Positions 35,812-46,294 of a stretch of DNA of 64,000 nucleotides are shown here, piece after piece. The notes under the pieces were generated by a model. That model had not been told where the DNA came from, did not search any database, and worked only from the letters and a program-made list of their open reading frames with translations. Every line of letters begins with the position of its first letter. The stretch's first letter is position 1. Origin of the DNA: Candidatus Levyibacteriota bacterium (GTDB lineage: Bacteria; Patescibacteriota; Microgenomatia; Levybacterales; UBA12049); contig DAIDHL010000002.1 in NCBI GenBank assembly GCA_027459745.1, positions 191,310 through 255,309 on the forward strand, given 5' to 3'. The translations under genes and the position numbers were made by a program.

Positions 35812-36897
35812 GTGAGGATGAAACATTTTGCCGTTATATGGTTTTTGATTGTCATAGCGGCATTAATTGCTTGGCGCATGTTGAGTACACCTATAACCTC
35901 ACCCATACTTAGAGAGGTTACTGACACCCCTACTCCGGCTATACGTGTAGCAAAATATAATCAGTACACTATATTCGTTCCTTATTGGAGTATATCTAAC
36001 TCATCTTCTAAGATTGATCCAAAATATTCAGAGGTTGTTTATTTTGGACTTGCAGCTGATTCATCAGGAGTTGAGAAATCAGAAGATGGATACCTAAACA
36101 TCGCTGAATTTAACGCCATGGTTAATCCTAATCAGCAAAAAATATTAGCATTACGCATGCTAGATAGCAACGAAAATAGTAAAATACTAGCCAATACACT
36201 AGAACAGAAGCATCTTATTAGTCAAACTATTAGTATTGCAAAAGAAAATGGATTTAAAGGTGTGATGCTGGATTTAGAATTACAAGCTCTACCTTTTAGC
36301 TCGATAGTGAATCAAATAGATAAATTTTATGATATATTCTATCAGCAAACAAAACAGAATAATTTAAATTTTTCTACTACGATGTATGGAGATTTATTCT
36401 ATCGCCCAAGGCCGTTTGATTTAACATATCTGACGAAAGATGTTGATAAAGTGTACATTATGGCTTATGACCTACACAAGGCTAGTGGTCAGCCGGGTCC
36501 TAATTTCCCTTTACAAACAGTAAGTAATGATAGGAGTGATTATAATTTAGAAAAAATGATTAGCGATTATGAGCTAGTAGTACCTACAAACAAACTAGTG
36601 GTAGTTTTTGGTATGTTTGGTTACGACTGGACAGTAGACCCCAAAGGGCAGACTGTTGGAAGTGGAACCGCTTTGAGTGATTTACAAATTCAACAGCAGT
36701 TTTTGAGCCATTGTTATAAATTAAATTGTCTTATCTCTAGAGATAGTAATTCTCAAGAAACAGTAATTCATTTTACTGACAATAACCAAGATCATGTTCT
36801 ATGGTTTGAGGATAAAGTATCTTCTGATGCAAAGATGATTTATTTACATCAAAAAGGCATAGCTAATTTTGGGTACTGGGCCTTCTCTTATTTTTAG
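35812..36897 (+). CDS. Glycoside-hydrolase-family-18-like (chitinase-fold) secreted protein with degenerate catalytic motif
   Basis: There is an N-terminal signal/anchor. FKGVMLDLELQ aligns to the GH18 DGxDxDWE box, but only the terminal D-x-E is retained. MAYDLH resembles the GH18 MxYD motif. Confidence 0.4.
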   Translation: MRMKHFAVIWFLIVIAALIAWRMLSTPITSPILREVTDTPTPAIRVAKYNQYTIFVPYWSISNSSSKIDPKYSEVVYFGLAADSSGVEKSEDGYLNIAEFNAMVNPNQQKILALRMLDSNENSKILANTLEQKHLISQTISIAKENGFKGVMLDLELQALPFSSIVNQIDKFYDIFYQQTKQNNLNFSTTMYGDLFYRPRPFDLTYLTKDVDKVYIMAYDLHKASGQPGPNFPLQTVSNDRSDYNLEKMISDYELVVPTNKLVVVFGMFGYDWTVDPKGQTVGSGTALSDLQIQQQFLSHCYKLNCLISRDSNSQETVIHFTDNNQDHVLWFEDKVSSDAKMIYLHQKGIANFGYWAFSYF

Positions 36898-36958
36898 ACT
36901 ATTACTTAACTCTTATGTTTTTATGATTCATTTATGATTTTTTTATGATCTACTTATC

Positions 36959-37702
36959 TTGTATAGTCGTCGCATTTTTTTGCTATGTGCTATTCAGACT
37001 ATGCAAGCTGTTGATAGATATGATCAGTATAACATTTGGAGCAACTCATTGGCTTTAGAGGCAGAGAAAATACTGTTTTTACAACGTAAACATTGGTTTG
37101 TGCTCCTGCCGGTACTATTTTCAGTAAGTGTAACGATTATTCTAGGGTTTATTGCATTGGACTATTTAATTTTAGGTTTCTCAGTTGATTTCTTAACTTC
37201 TATCGTGCTGTTGTTATCTCTACTAACTCTATCTTCATCGATATTAATAAAAGCCCTAACAGAATGGTATTTTACGGTCTATATCCTAACTTCACGAAGG
37301 TTGTTAGAAATTTGCTATACTCCCTTAGCTTCTTACGTTCTAAACAATGTACTTTTGGAACAAGTACGGTGTACTGAAATAGATACGGCGACCAATGGAT
37401 GGCTCTATAAATATTTAAACATAGGGGATATCATTATTACATTTGATAGACCTACTCACAGAGATGCTTTTATTCTGCAATCTATTAAGAATTTCCATGT
37501 TCTGAGTCGTCAGTTATGTAGTCTTTTGCTACCAGTACAATCACCACAACAAAATTTATTAAAAGAGAGATCTAATTCTAATTTGCCCGCTAAAGTAATT
37601 TGGTTTAAACAAAAAGATCCTAAAAAAAAGCTTAATTCATTTGAAGAAATCCTGCCTAAGCGAAACATCTTTAATTACCCAGTCATTAAATATGGACTAT
37701 AG
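36959..37702 (+). CDS. Hypothetical membrane protein (possible bPH-like domain)
   Basis: The 247-aa product has 2-3 TM helices followed by a YILTSRRLLEICYTP region. The start is uncertain. Confidence 0.35.
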   Translation: MYSRRIFLLCAIQTMQAVDRYDQYNIWSNSLALEAEKILFLQRKHWFVLLPVLFSVSVTIILGFIALDYLILGFSVDFLTSIVLLLSLLTLSSSILIKALTEWYFTVYILTSRRLLEICYTPLASYVLNNVLLEQVRCTEIDTATNGWLYKYLNIGDIIITFDRPTHRDAFILQSIKNFHVLSRQLCSLLLPVQSPQQNLLKERSNSNLPAKVIWFKQKDPKKKLNSFEEILPKRNIFNYPVIKYGL

Positions 37703-37913
37703 ATATCTAGTAGGAGGGATCTGTCTGGTGTTAAATGTCGTTTTGTATGTTTATAATCGTTTTTATTTTCAAGAGGCGTTAAAAGCCAACCAACAAATTG
37801 GAATACCTTTACATTCGAGGTTAGAAAAGCTACTAAAAATAAATTCTGTGTTTATAAGTGCTGTTTTTATTTTTACCTTTACATATGTACTTTATCTATT
37901 AATTGTACGCTGA
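37692..37913 (+). CDS. Hypothetical small membrane protein
   Basis: The start was trimmed to the ATG at 37692 to avoid overlap with the upstream gene. The product has two hydrophobic helices. Confidence 0.25.
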   Translation: MDYRYLVGGICLVLNVVLYVYNRFYFQEALKANQQIGIPLHSRLEKLLKINSVFISAVFIFTFTYVLYLLIVR

Positions 37914-38018
37914 AAGTATATTTACCTATTGACGTAGAAAAAAAAATATCGTAGAATCTTTTCAGACTCATTAAAAAAGTGAGTTTTATTTTTGGGTAAT
38001 TTAATTATAAATTAACTA

Positions 38019-38047
38019 TTGAATTACTCAAGAATATTTAGTATAAT
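38019..38047 (+). promoter_or_regulatory. Putative tuf promoter (TTGAAT-N17-TATAAT)
   Basis: The -10 is perfect and the -35 is 5/6, with a 17-nt spacer. It ends 15 bp before the tuf start. Confidence 0.45.
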
Positions 38048-38061
38048 AATATTACAAATAT

Positions 38062-39243
38062 ATGGCAGATAAATATACTCGTTCAAAACCACATGTTAAT
38101 ATCGGTACTATTGGTCACGTCGATCATGGTAAGACTACAACTACAGCTGCTATTGCTACCTATCTTGCTAAAAAAGGTATGGCTCAAGCTAAGAAATATG
38201 AAGATATCGATAACGCTCCCGAAGAAAAAGCTCGTGGCGTCACGATTAATATTGCTCATATTGAATATGAGACAGAGAAAAGGCATTATGCTCACATTGA
38301 CGCTCCTGGTCATGCTGATTACATTAAGAACATGATTACAGGTGCAGCTCAAATGGACGGGGCAATTTTAGTTGTATCTGCTCCGGATGGTCCTATGCCA
38401 CAAACTCGTGAACATATCTTGTTAGCTTATCAAGTCGGCGTTCCAGCTATCGTGGTTTACCTTAACAAATGTGATATGGTTCAAGATGAAGAACTTTTGG
38501 ATTTGGTCGAAATGGAAGTACGTGAATTGCTTACTAAATATCATTATCCAGGAGACACTGTGCCAATTATTCGTGGCTCTTCTTTGAAAGCTTTGGAAGG
38601 CGATCCAGCTTATGAAGCTAAAATTCAAGAATTATTAGATGCAGTTGATTCTTATATTCCTACACCAGTTCGTGCTCTAGATAAACCATTCTTGATGCCA
38701 GTTGAAGATGTTTTCTCAATCAAGGGTCGTGGTACAGTGGTTACTGGAAGAATTGAGAGAGGTATTGTTAAAGTTAATGAAACAGTTGAAATTGTGGGTA
38801 TTCGTGATACTAAAAATACTGTTGTCACCGGAGTAGAAATGTTCCGCAAACAATTGGATGAAGGTCAAGCAGGAGATAATGTAGGTTTATTGCTTCGTGG
38901 TATTGAAAAAGCTGATGTAGAGAGAGGTCAGGTGGTTGCCAAACCTGGAAGTATTACTCCTCATACTGATTTTGAAGCTGAAGTTTATATTTTGACTAAA
39001 GAAGAAGGAGGACGTCATACTCCATTCTTCTCAGGTTACCGTCCACAGTTTTATATTAGAACTACTGACGTAACTGGAACAGCTACTTTACCAACTGGTG
39101 TAGAAATGGTTATGCCAGGTGATAATGCTAAAATGACTGTTCAATTGATTGTTCCAGTTGCTTTGGAAGAGGGAATGAGATTTGCTATTCGCGAAGGCGG
39201 TCACACCGTCGGAGCAGGAGTTATTTCCAAAATTATTAAATAA
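38062..39243 (+). CDS. tuf: Elongation factor Tu
   Basis: [14 protein letters not shown] and NKCD are present. The GTP domain is followed by complete domains 2 and 3. The product is 393 aa. Confidence 0.9.
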   Translation: MADKYTRSKPHVNIGTIGHVDHGKTTTTAAIATYLAKKGMAQAKKYEDIDNAPEEKARGVTINIAHIEYETEKRHYAHIDAPGHADYIKNMITGAAQMDGAILVVSAPDGPMPQTREHILLAYQVGVPAIVVYLNKCDMVQDEELLDLVEMEVRELLTKYHYPGDTVPIIRGSSLKALEGDPAYEAKIQELLDAVDSYIPTPVRALDKPFLMPVEDVFSIKGRGTVVTGRIERGIVKVNETVEIVGIRDTKNTVVTGVEMFRKQLDEGQAGDNVGLLLRGIEKADVERGQVVAKPGSITPHTDFEAEVYILTKEEGGRHTPFFSGYRPQFYIRTTDVTGTATLPTGVEMVMPGDNAKMTVQLIVPVALEEGMRFAIREGGHTVGAGVISKIIK

Positions 39244-39267
39244 TTTGGAACCATGTACAAACAAACA

Positions 39268-39289
39268 AATCCCTGAAAGGGATTTTTTT
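39268..39289. terminator. Bidirectional intrinsic terminator (AAATCCC-tgaa-GGGATTT + T-run, A-run on the other side)
   Basis: A 7-bp perfect stem with a 4-nt loop sits between the convergent tuf gene and the 39302-39838 gene. Confidence 0.6.
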
Positions 39290-39301
39290 GTGAGATAAAA
39301 C

Positions 39302-39838
39302 TTATTTGCTGAAATAAAGTGTAATAGACGAAGGACCATAATAAGTATTGTCGCTTAATTGGAGTACTTTTTGTAAATCTGTTACAAGTGATGAAGAACC
39401 ATCTGCCATCCTTATAAATCCATTATCAAAGTAAATATATTCACAGTTGTTAGGATTAAAGATGACATGCATAATCAATTGATTTTTTTGATAGAAGTTC
39501 ATGGAATAACGTACGTTTCCATACCCGAGTAAAGAACAGTAATTATTATCAACTATCTCTGCTTGTAATATATCAGAGTACAGCTTTTTTACAGTCGATA
39601 ATTTTGAAATATTTTTTGAAAAATTCGGCAGAGTAGAATTGTCAATATTTACTGACCTGACTCTTAAATAATCAGGTGAAGAAAATGAAGCAAGAAAATT
39701 ATAATAATAGGTCAACCCTAAATCTTTTAATGCTATACCTAATGCTGTTTCATAAAACATTATATATAGAACAAAAAGGAAGATGATTAACAATAAGGAG
39801 AATTTTCTTATAAAAGTAGGTTGTTTTAAACGCTTCAT
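39302..39838 (-). CDS. Hypothetical secreted/anchored protein
   Basis: The 178-aa product has an N-terminal signal/anchor (LLLIIFLFVLYIMF). No motif was recognised. Confidence 0.4.
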   Translation of the reverse strand: MKRLKQPTFIRKFSLLLIIFLFVLYIMFYETALGIALKDLGLTYYYNFLASFSSPDYLRVRSVNIDNSTLPNFSKNISKLSTVKKLYSDILQAEIVDNNYCSLLGYGNVRYSMNFYQKNQLIMHVIFNPNNCEYIYFDNGFIRMADGSSSLVTDLQKVLQLSDNTYYGPSSITLYFSK

Positions 39839-39869
39839 GATCCAGTTATTTGTCTTGGTTTAACTTCCT

Positions 39870-40292
39870 TCAGGTAAAATACTCAATAAAATACAATATG
39901 ATTCCCGATAATACGGATATTGACCAGAAAATTAGAAAGATTGTTGTAATATTCTTGTGTAATTTAAAATAATTAACTTCTTTTTTATAATTTCTCCAGG
40001 CTAAAAGCATAAATATTATCAATGAAACAAACATTAAGAGTGATAAGATTCCATGAAATGCAGCCAGAACCACGTGCCAAGGAATTTCTATTTTCTCAGT
40101 ATTTGCTTTTACACGTGTTGCCATATAAGAAATATTAAAAATGATTTCATACAGTAAAGCGAAAGCAGCCAGTTTAGTAGGGAATTTATGGTATTTATAA
40201 CTGCGGTAGAAAGTATAGAAGATGATACAGGAAATGATAATTTCGGCAACTAAGGTAATGGTGCTGTAGAGAGGAATATGCATATAAAACAA
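39870..40292 (-). CDS. Hypothetical 4-TM membrane protein (DUF420-like)
   Basis: The 140-aa product has four hydrophobic helices and a conserved-looking WHVVLAAFHG segment. Confidence 0.4.
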   Translation of the reverse strand: MFYMHIPLYSTITLVAEIIISCIIFYTFYRSYKYHKFPTKLAAFALLYEIIFNISYMATRVKANTEKIEIPWHVVLAAFHGILSLLMFVSLIIFMLLAWRNYKKEVNYFKLHKNITTIFLIFWSISVLSGIILYFIEYFT

Positions 40293-40382
40293 TAATATCA
40301 GGATATTTATTTATATGCCACTTCAAAATTTTAATAGTCTTATAGTTTGTAAATTTAATCGTTTTATGTTAAACTTGACCAT

Positions 40383-41183
40383 ATGGCAATACCAGAAAGT
40401 AGGCATGGAATACACTCAAAAATAATAGGTGGTATTAAAGTAGTGGCTGAGACAGACTTGCCTTATAATATACACATTTCGGCAGCTAATTTATCAGAAA
40501 TGTATACAATGGTTGGTTTATCCCCGACCGAAATTACAAGTCAAGTGTTATCGCTAAAAAGAAAGCATATTTTCACTAATGGAGAAACGCATGATCTGGC
40601 TGGTGAATCTCATCCTAGCAAACCAATTGTGACTTTATATACTGACTGGGCTTGGGAAGAACGTCAAGCTGATATAAAAGAAATTAGAGGTCATATTGAG
40701 GCCAATATGCAAAATAAACAAATCAGGAAGGTACCTAATTTATCTTCATTTTACTCTCCTCGCAGAGTAGAAGCGTATTTAAATACCGCACCTCCAGAAA
40801 GAGCGATAAAATTCATGGAAAAATTGATCAATAAGATTTGGGATAATAATTTGAATTCAGCTCTGATACACGAATTAAAACACCAGGCTGATACAAGAAA
40901 ATCTATGAGTAAAATAGCTGCATTATTAAGTCTATATGGCGGAGATATCGTTGCACTTTTAATAGGGGTTAGAACGGGTATATGGAGTCAGAAGAACTTG
41001 CCTCGACTAGGAGGTTTATATACGCCTGGTTTAGATGTTTTTTTGACTTCCATGACTATACTACAACCACTATTGAGTAGATTGTCTACTGTGGCAAATG
41101 TTTTTGAAGATAGAGCTTTGGCTACACAAAGACGTTTAAACAGGAATTTACCTAATGCTATCTCTTTGGTAGATAAGATTTAG
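40383..41183 (+). CDS. Hypothetical protein with HEXXH motif (possible zinc metallopeptidase-like)
   Basis: The product is 266 aa. ALIHELKHQAD contains HExxH. No further family assignment is possible. Confidence 0.35.
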   Translation: MAIPESRHGIHSKIIGGIKVVAETDLPYNIHISAANLSEMYTMVGLSPTEITSQVLSLKRKHIFTNGETHDLAGESHPSKPIVTLYTDWAWEERQADIKEIRGHIEANMQNKQIRKVPNLSSFYSPRRVEAYLNTAPPERAIKFMEKLINKIWDNNLNSALIHELKHQADTRKSMSKIAALLSLYGGDIVALLIGVRTGIWSQKNLPRLGGLYTPGLDVFLTSMTILQPLLSRLSTVANVFEDRALATQRRLNRNLPNAISLVDKI

Positions 41184-41199
41184 ATGTGTAATGACTTAT

Positions 41200-43893
41200 T
41201 TAATTTCCACTAACTGTAACATTTAGACTATTAGTGCTGGTTGAGCTACTGTTAGTTGAATTGCTATTGTTAGTTGAATTGCTATTAGAAGTTGAACTTG
41301 TGGTTGAATTATTAGTTGTAGCATTAGTGTTGCTAGAGCTTGTGTTAGTCGATGCATTAGTTCCAATACTGCCATTGCTTTGCGAGTTAGAATTAAGGGT
41401 ATTTGATTGTGAATTTGAACTATTTTGAGAACTGACAATACAGCAGTAATCCGGGTGACTAGCGTTATTTTCCGTGGGACAGTCAACATAGGGATCAGAA
41501 CTAGCTAGCTGATGGCCACTTGGACAGGAATTCCTTGCCCAGCTATAGCATTTACCCCCATATTGTTGAGCACAAAGTTGTCCGTTTGTAGGGGGAGGTG
41601 TCGTTGTTGGAGTAGCTACAAGACAACAACGTGAACCATTGGCTGCACATTGTGCTCCACAAGCATAAGCGTTATTCGCGTAAGGATTATGACAAGCGGT
41701 TCCATCGGTACACGTAGCATAAGCACAACCAAAAGATGTACCTAAATTTTGACATGTTTGACCATTATTACATAACCCGTTAGGATTACTATTACTACAG
41801 TCCGTTGAAGTAGGGTAACTTGCAGTTGCTTGGCTTGAATTAATTATTTGGATTGTCGTTGCCTCAGTGGGGATTGGAATAAGCGTTGGAGATGGAGTCG
41901 GAGTAGGTGTAGTAGATGAAGAAGGAGAATTGGGTGATAAAACTATAGTTGGGATAGGGGTTAAGGTCTGATTATTTCCAATATTATTGTTATTATTATT
42001 AGAGGATGTTTGTACTGATGAGGAAGTAGTTGAATTAGTGTTACTTACCGAATTACCAGCATAGGAAGGAGATTGTATGGCTACTGCAGCGTGATTGACT
42101 GAGGAAGTTAGGTTGGTGGTACTGGCGATATAACTTTGATTGTTTGGTAGATCTGTTTTGGTCGAATTAAGAAGGTTTTTTGTATCATCAGCAGTCTGCT
42201 TAAAACTAAGAATAAGAGGAATAATATATACTGATGACTGTTTTTCAGCTACAAATTGATTGATGGTATTTTTGTCGATATTCATTTGAGAAATATAGAA
42301 GTTTACGGCTTCTGGTACAGACAAACCAGTTACACTCGTAACCACACTTTGCAAAGACGAAGCGTTCAGAGGAAGAATATTACTAATAACAGCTGCAATA
42401 GCTGGAGTCGATGTATCATTTATTTTTAATTGGTCAGGCACTAATATTAACGATGATAAGAATTGTTTTTTAAGTTGCGTATTTGTAGTGTTTGAATTAG
42501 GTAAATTACCGATTAAAGAGGAATTATTTGTTACATCTTTCATGTAAAGCTGCATTAAATCTTCAGTCTGCTGTACAGTTTGACTGGTTTGCGGAACTAA
42601 TAAAGTATTATGTACAATATTAGCCAAATTATGTATGTCGTTAACAGTAAAAGTACTTGCAATGGGAATATTATATTGAGCTAACCTACTAATTCCTTGA
42701 GTTGAGGTGTCATGAGAGGTGAGCAGGCTTGCTTCCATTGGTTGCAAAATCTCTAAAGCTTGTTGAGGTATGGGAGATTTATTTTTAAATATGCTTGATA
42801 TTTCTCCTGTGACGTCGTCTGACAGAAGCTTTTGTTGGGTATTGGCTCTTGTTATATTTTCTGCTAATAATTGGGTATCATTTATTTTATTTATCTCCGA
42901 TTGAACTTGTTGTTGAAGTAATGAATAATCAGAAAGTGCGGTTGGGATGTTTGCTAAGATATTTTGCGAAATAGGAAGAGAATAAGGTAGCGTTGGAAAG
43001 GTATAAAGAGCATCTGAAGGGTTACTAGAATTATTGAGAGCTAGTGGTATCACCTGATACGCAGAACTAGAAGCATCAGAGGGTTGTGTAGTATTTAGGT
43101 TAAGTGAGGTATCAGTATAGTTTCCTAGACATTGATTAGCCATTTGCGCCACTCTTTTGGAACTATCTAAATCGATATTTAGTAAAAGATAGTCATGATT
43201 TACGAGATCGGTATTGTTTGTATTTATCTCATTATTTAGATCGTTTACCCTCGCTTGAATGTTTGCGTAAACTATTTTAAGTTGGGATATTTTATCTGCT
43301 AAACAATATGTTGTGGTTAAATCTTTATTCTTTTGGGCTTCTAATAAATTGTTCTGAATAGCCAATTGCTGTAACTGGGTGAAAGTCTCATATTCGTCTG
43401 CCTTTTGTTGTAATTGAGTTGTCATTGCCGAACTAGAGCTATTAAGATAGTTTGTTTGTGCGTAGGCTTGAAAGACAGAGCCTATTATGTTAGGAGAATT
43501 AGTCTCGGATTGTTCGGATAGAAGTAATAACCTATGCACTTCTGCTATGCGTTCATTGGACAAATGCATATTGAAGCTAATTTTATCGGTGTTATCAGAG
43601 AATAACAATACAAAATTATCTTCAATGAATATCTTTATTGGATAAAGCGGGTTGTTCGGCAAAATACCAGGGCTCAGAAGAGTTTGGTTGAGTGTGTCAT
43701 TGCGATGAATATAAGTTAGCGCGAAAATACTACAAACAAACACTATGCAAGGTATAAGCAAAGCAGATAATATAAAGAGAAAAACTTTTAGTTGTCTGGG
43801 AGTAATGAAATAATTGTAATCCACAGAAGGTAAAATAGCTTTTACTTTCTGCTCTGATTGTGGATCTGGTTGTTTATTATCAGTTGGCTCCAT
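41200..43893 (-). CDS. Giant membrane-anchored surface protein with Cys-rich module and N/S/T low-complexity C-terminal tail
   Basis: The 897-aa product has a TM anchor near its N-terminus (FLFILSALLIPCIVFVCSIFAL). A long extracellular region follows, with a PT-rich linker. A block with about 24 Cys follows (CSNSNPNGLC...CCLVATP...CPTENNASHPDYCC). A tail of roughly 80 aa made of S/N/T repeats is encoded by tandem repeats at 41203-41450. Confidence 0.6.
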   Translation of the reverse strand: MEPTDNKQPDPQSEQKVKAILPSVDYNYFITPRQLKVFLFILSALLIPCIVFVCSIFALTYIHRNDTLNQTLLSPGILPNNPLYPIKIFIEDNFVLLFSDNTDKISFNMHLSNERIAEVHRLLLLSEQSETNSPNIIGSVFQAYAQTNYLNSSSSAMTTQLQQKADEYETFTQLQQLAIQNNLLEAQKNKDLTTTYCLADKISQLKIVYANIQARVNDLNNEINTNNTDLVNHDYLLLNIDLDSSKRVAQMANQCLGNYTDTSLNLNTTQPSDASSSAYQVIPLALNNSSNPSDALYTFPTLPYSLPISQNILANIPTALSDYSLLQQQVQSEINKINDTQLLAENITRANTQQKLLSDDVTGEISSIFKNKSPIPQQALEILQPMEASLLTSHDTSTQGISRLAQYNIPIASTFTVNDIHNLANIVHNTLLVPQTSQTVQQTEDLMQLYMKDVTNNSSLIGNLPNSNTTNTQLKKQFLSSLILVPDQLKINDTSTPAIAAVISNILPLNASSLQSVVTSVTGLSVPEAVNFYISQMNIDKNTINQFVAEKQSSVYIIPLILSFKQTADDTKNLLNSTKTDLPNNQSYIASTTNLTSSVNHAAVAIQSPSYAGNSVSNTNSTTSSSVQTSSNNNNNNIGNNQTLTPIPTIVLSPNSPSSSTTPTPTPSPTLIPIPTEATTIQIINSSQATASYPTSTDCSNSNPNGLCNNGQTCQNLGTSFGCAYATCTDGTACHNPYANNAYACGAQCAANGSRCCLVATPTTTPPPTNGQLCAQQYGGKCYSWARNSCPSGHQLASSDPYVDCPTENNASHPDYCCIVSSQNSSNSQSNTLNSNSQSNGSIGTNASTNTSSSNTNATTNNSTTSSTSNSNSTNNSNSTNSSSTSTNSLNVTVSGN

Positions 43894-43989
43894 ATACTAA
43901 TCATGCAGAACTCATGGTTATATTGTCAATGATATATTAAGAAAAGTTTCGTTTGAGATGATTAAATGATGTAAAATACAGCTAGAATT

Positions 43990-45306
43990 ATGGAAACTAA
44001 TGGACCAGTTCCAGCTGATATCTTAAACAAGAATAGTCTGTATTTAGAGTCTTTGCGTAAACAGGGCATTCAGATGACTGAATTAAGAGCGCAAGATAGT
44101 CCATTTAATGCCGTGGTGTTTAATAATGAGCAATTAGTTAATACTATTGGCCTCGAGTCTAAATCTTCAGAGATGGTAGTACAACAGCCCAAAAGTAACA
44201 TGCTAATGTTATACGCTGTACAGGGTGAAGCAGGTCTAGCTCAGATTGGTGGTTCATTTGCAATAGAACTAAAAAGCAAAGTAAATAATGTTGTTAATCT
44301 TAATGCACCTATCTCTCCCACTGCACTTGAATCAGCAGTCTATAATGCTGATTTGCAAAAGCAGGCTAGGCAAATGGCAGAATTATATATTCACGCTATT
44401 CCTGAGTCACAACGACACCAACCAATCAAGATTGTGGGACACTCGATGGGTGGTACATCTGCTCCCTTAGTCGCCAAGGAATTAATAAGTATGGGCTATA
44501 ACGTCAGTGATATCGTAATGATTGCTCCTCCTGGCATGGTAGAACGATCGGGAGTACAGATGTTAAACGATTTCACTAAATTGGGCAGTAAAGAAAATCT
44601 ACGTCCTGATGTACCCAATATTTATCCTAGTCCAGCTGATATTGCCAGTTTTAAGGAGCGTTATAAAGAGCTGTCAGAAAAAAAGAAACTTACCTCAGAA
44701 GAAAGAGAAGAAAAGGCTATGTACGAATTGGCTATCTCGCGCCAAGTTGATCCAGATAAATTAACTCTTAGCAATATGACACGTGCAGAACGTGATGCGG
44801 TAATTAAAATTGATGTAGAAATGTTATCTTTGCTAGAAGCCACAGATGATATTTCCCAAAAGCGCCTGAAAAAATTACAAGAACAAAGATTTAATATTCT
44901 AAAAAATAATACTTGGAAGGTTATTCCGGGAAAAGTTAATAATCAACCAAGTCAACGCAGTTTGGCGGGTGGGGAAAAATTGTACCTGACGGGTAATTTA
45001 GTGCGCAGTCTTGGCGGATTTAAACGTACAGTAACAGATTTGGCTAGTGAAATAACCGTGGGTAATACGCAGGATTTGATTGATTTCAATAATACGCTGC
45101 CTGATCATAAATTAAGAATTACCCTTATTGCTGGGAAAGATGATCCTATTGCTGGTCAGTATGAAGTTGGACACGTGAAGCACATAAAAGTTGGACCTAA
45201 TACTAGCTATGGAGAAATACAAATGCCGGAGTTTAGTCATTACTCTTTATCAGTTGATCCTGTTCGGGTCGCTCAAGCTGTAGGCAGAATAATTGAAGCT
45301 GCATAA
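43990..45306 (+). CDS. Alpha/beta-hydrolase-fold protein (GHSMGG nucleophile elbow; putative esterase/lipase)
   Basis: IKIVGHSMGGTSAPLVA is the serine-hydrolase nucleophile elbow. There is no signal peptide. The product is 438 aa. Confidence 0.5.
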   Translation: METNGPVPADILNKNSLYLESLRKQGIQMTELRAQDSPFNAVVFNNEQLVNTIGLESKSSEMVVQQPKSNMLMLYAVQGEAGLAQIGGSFAIELKSKVNNVVNLNAPISPTALESAVYNADLQKQARQMAELYIHAIPESQRHQPIKIVGHSMGGTSAPLVAKELISMGYNVSDIVMIAPPGMVERSGVQMLNDFTKLGSKENLRPDVPNIYPSPADIASFKERYKELSEKKKLTSEEREEKAMYELAISRQVDPDKLTLSNMTRAERDAVIKIDVEMLSLLEATDDISQKRLKKLQEQRFNILKNNTWKVIPGKVNNQPSQRSLAGGEKLYLTGNLVRSLGGFKRTVTDLASEITVGNTQDLIDFNNTLPDHKLRITLIAGKDDPIAGQYEVGHVKHIKVGPNTSYGEIQMPEFSHYSLSVDPVRVAQAVGRIIEAA

Positions 45307-45310
45307 TCAT

Positions 45311-46294
45311 TTACCATCGGTGGTGGACCGTGGGTTTAATTTTTTCTTCATAGATATCTTGGATATGTTGCATATCGGTGCGTGGTAAAGGTGGTAGGTC
45401 GCTAGTGCCTGCATTTTCGCTCACCTGAGTTGAGGATTTTCCACCAGCAATCACAGTTGAGACTTCTTTGTGCATAAGAATCCACTTCAAAGCTATCTGA
45501 GCCAAGCTAAATTTAGGTGGCAGCATGGTTTTTAATTCATCCACTGCCTTTAAACCGGTAGCAAAATCTACCCCGGCAAAAGTTTCTCCCACATCAAATG
45601 CCTCGCCATGACGGTTAAATTGGCGATGATCTGTACTGGCAAATTTAGTTTGTTTAGTCATCTTGCCTGTTAATAAACCGCTAGCCAAAGGAACTCTGAC
45701 AATAATGCCAATATTTTTTTTGGCAGCTTGTTTGAAAAAAAGCTCTTTTGGTCGTTGACGTAAAATATTGAAGATGATTTGTATCGTAGACAGATTGGGA
45801 TATTCTATGGCTTTGAGAGCTTCTTCCACTTTTTCCACACTGACTCCATAATGTCGGATCATTTTCTTCTCGACCATTTCATCCAGCGCAGTAAAAATTT
45901 CTGGACGATAATAAACTTCAGTAGGAGGACAATGGAGTTGTAATAAGTCTAAAGTGTCGACCTGTAGGTTCTTCAAACTTCTCTGAACAAATTTAAATAG
46001 ATTATCTCTATTATATCCTTCACTAATATGAGGGTTTAATCTTCTTCCAGCTTTGGTAGCAACATAAAATTTAGCTTTCGAGTTTTGTCTGAATTTACTT
46101 ATTAGTTTTTCACTTCGTCCATCTCCATAGACATCAGCCGTGTCGATAAAGTTGATCTTGTTTTCCTCGACCGCTTTGAGAGTTTCCAAAGCTTGTTCTT
46201 CCGACACATCTCCCCAATCAGCGCCCAACGACCAGGAGCCATAGCCAATCTCTGAAACTTTAAAGCCAGTTTTACCCAATGTGCGAAATTTCAT
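45311..46294 (-). CDS. Aldo/keto reductase
   Basis: The AKR N-terminal pattern is present (MKFRTLGKTGFKVSEIGYGSW ... IDTADVYG). The product is 327 aa. Confidence 0.8.
   Translation of the reverse strand: MKFRTLGKTGFKVSEIGYGSWSLGADWGDVSEEQALETLKAVEENKINFIDTADVYGDGRSEKLISKFRQNSKAKFYVATKAGRRLNPHISEGYNRDNLFKFVQRSLKNLQVDTLDLLQLHCPPTEVYYRPEIFTALDEMVEKKMIRHYGVSVEKVEEALKAIEYPNLSTIQIIFNILRQRPKELFFKQAAKKNIGIIVRVPLASGLLTGKMTKQTKFASTDHRQFNRHGEAFDVGETFAGVDFATGLKAVDELKTMLPPKFSLAQIALKWILMHKEVSTVIAGGKSSTQVSENAGTSDLPPLPRTDMQHIQDIYEEKIKPTVHHRW

Noticed and set aside
41234-41428. ORF translating to ELLLVELLLL... and tandem DNA repeats (gttagttgaattgctatt x2) that could look like a repeat array
   Set aside because: This is the reverse-strand reading of the S/N/T low-complexity tail of the 897-aa surface protein. 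It is coding microsatellite-like repetition, not CRISPR (no spacer-repeat periodicity and no cas genes) and not a separate gene.
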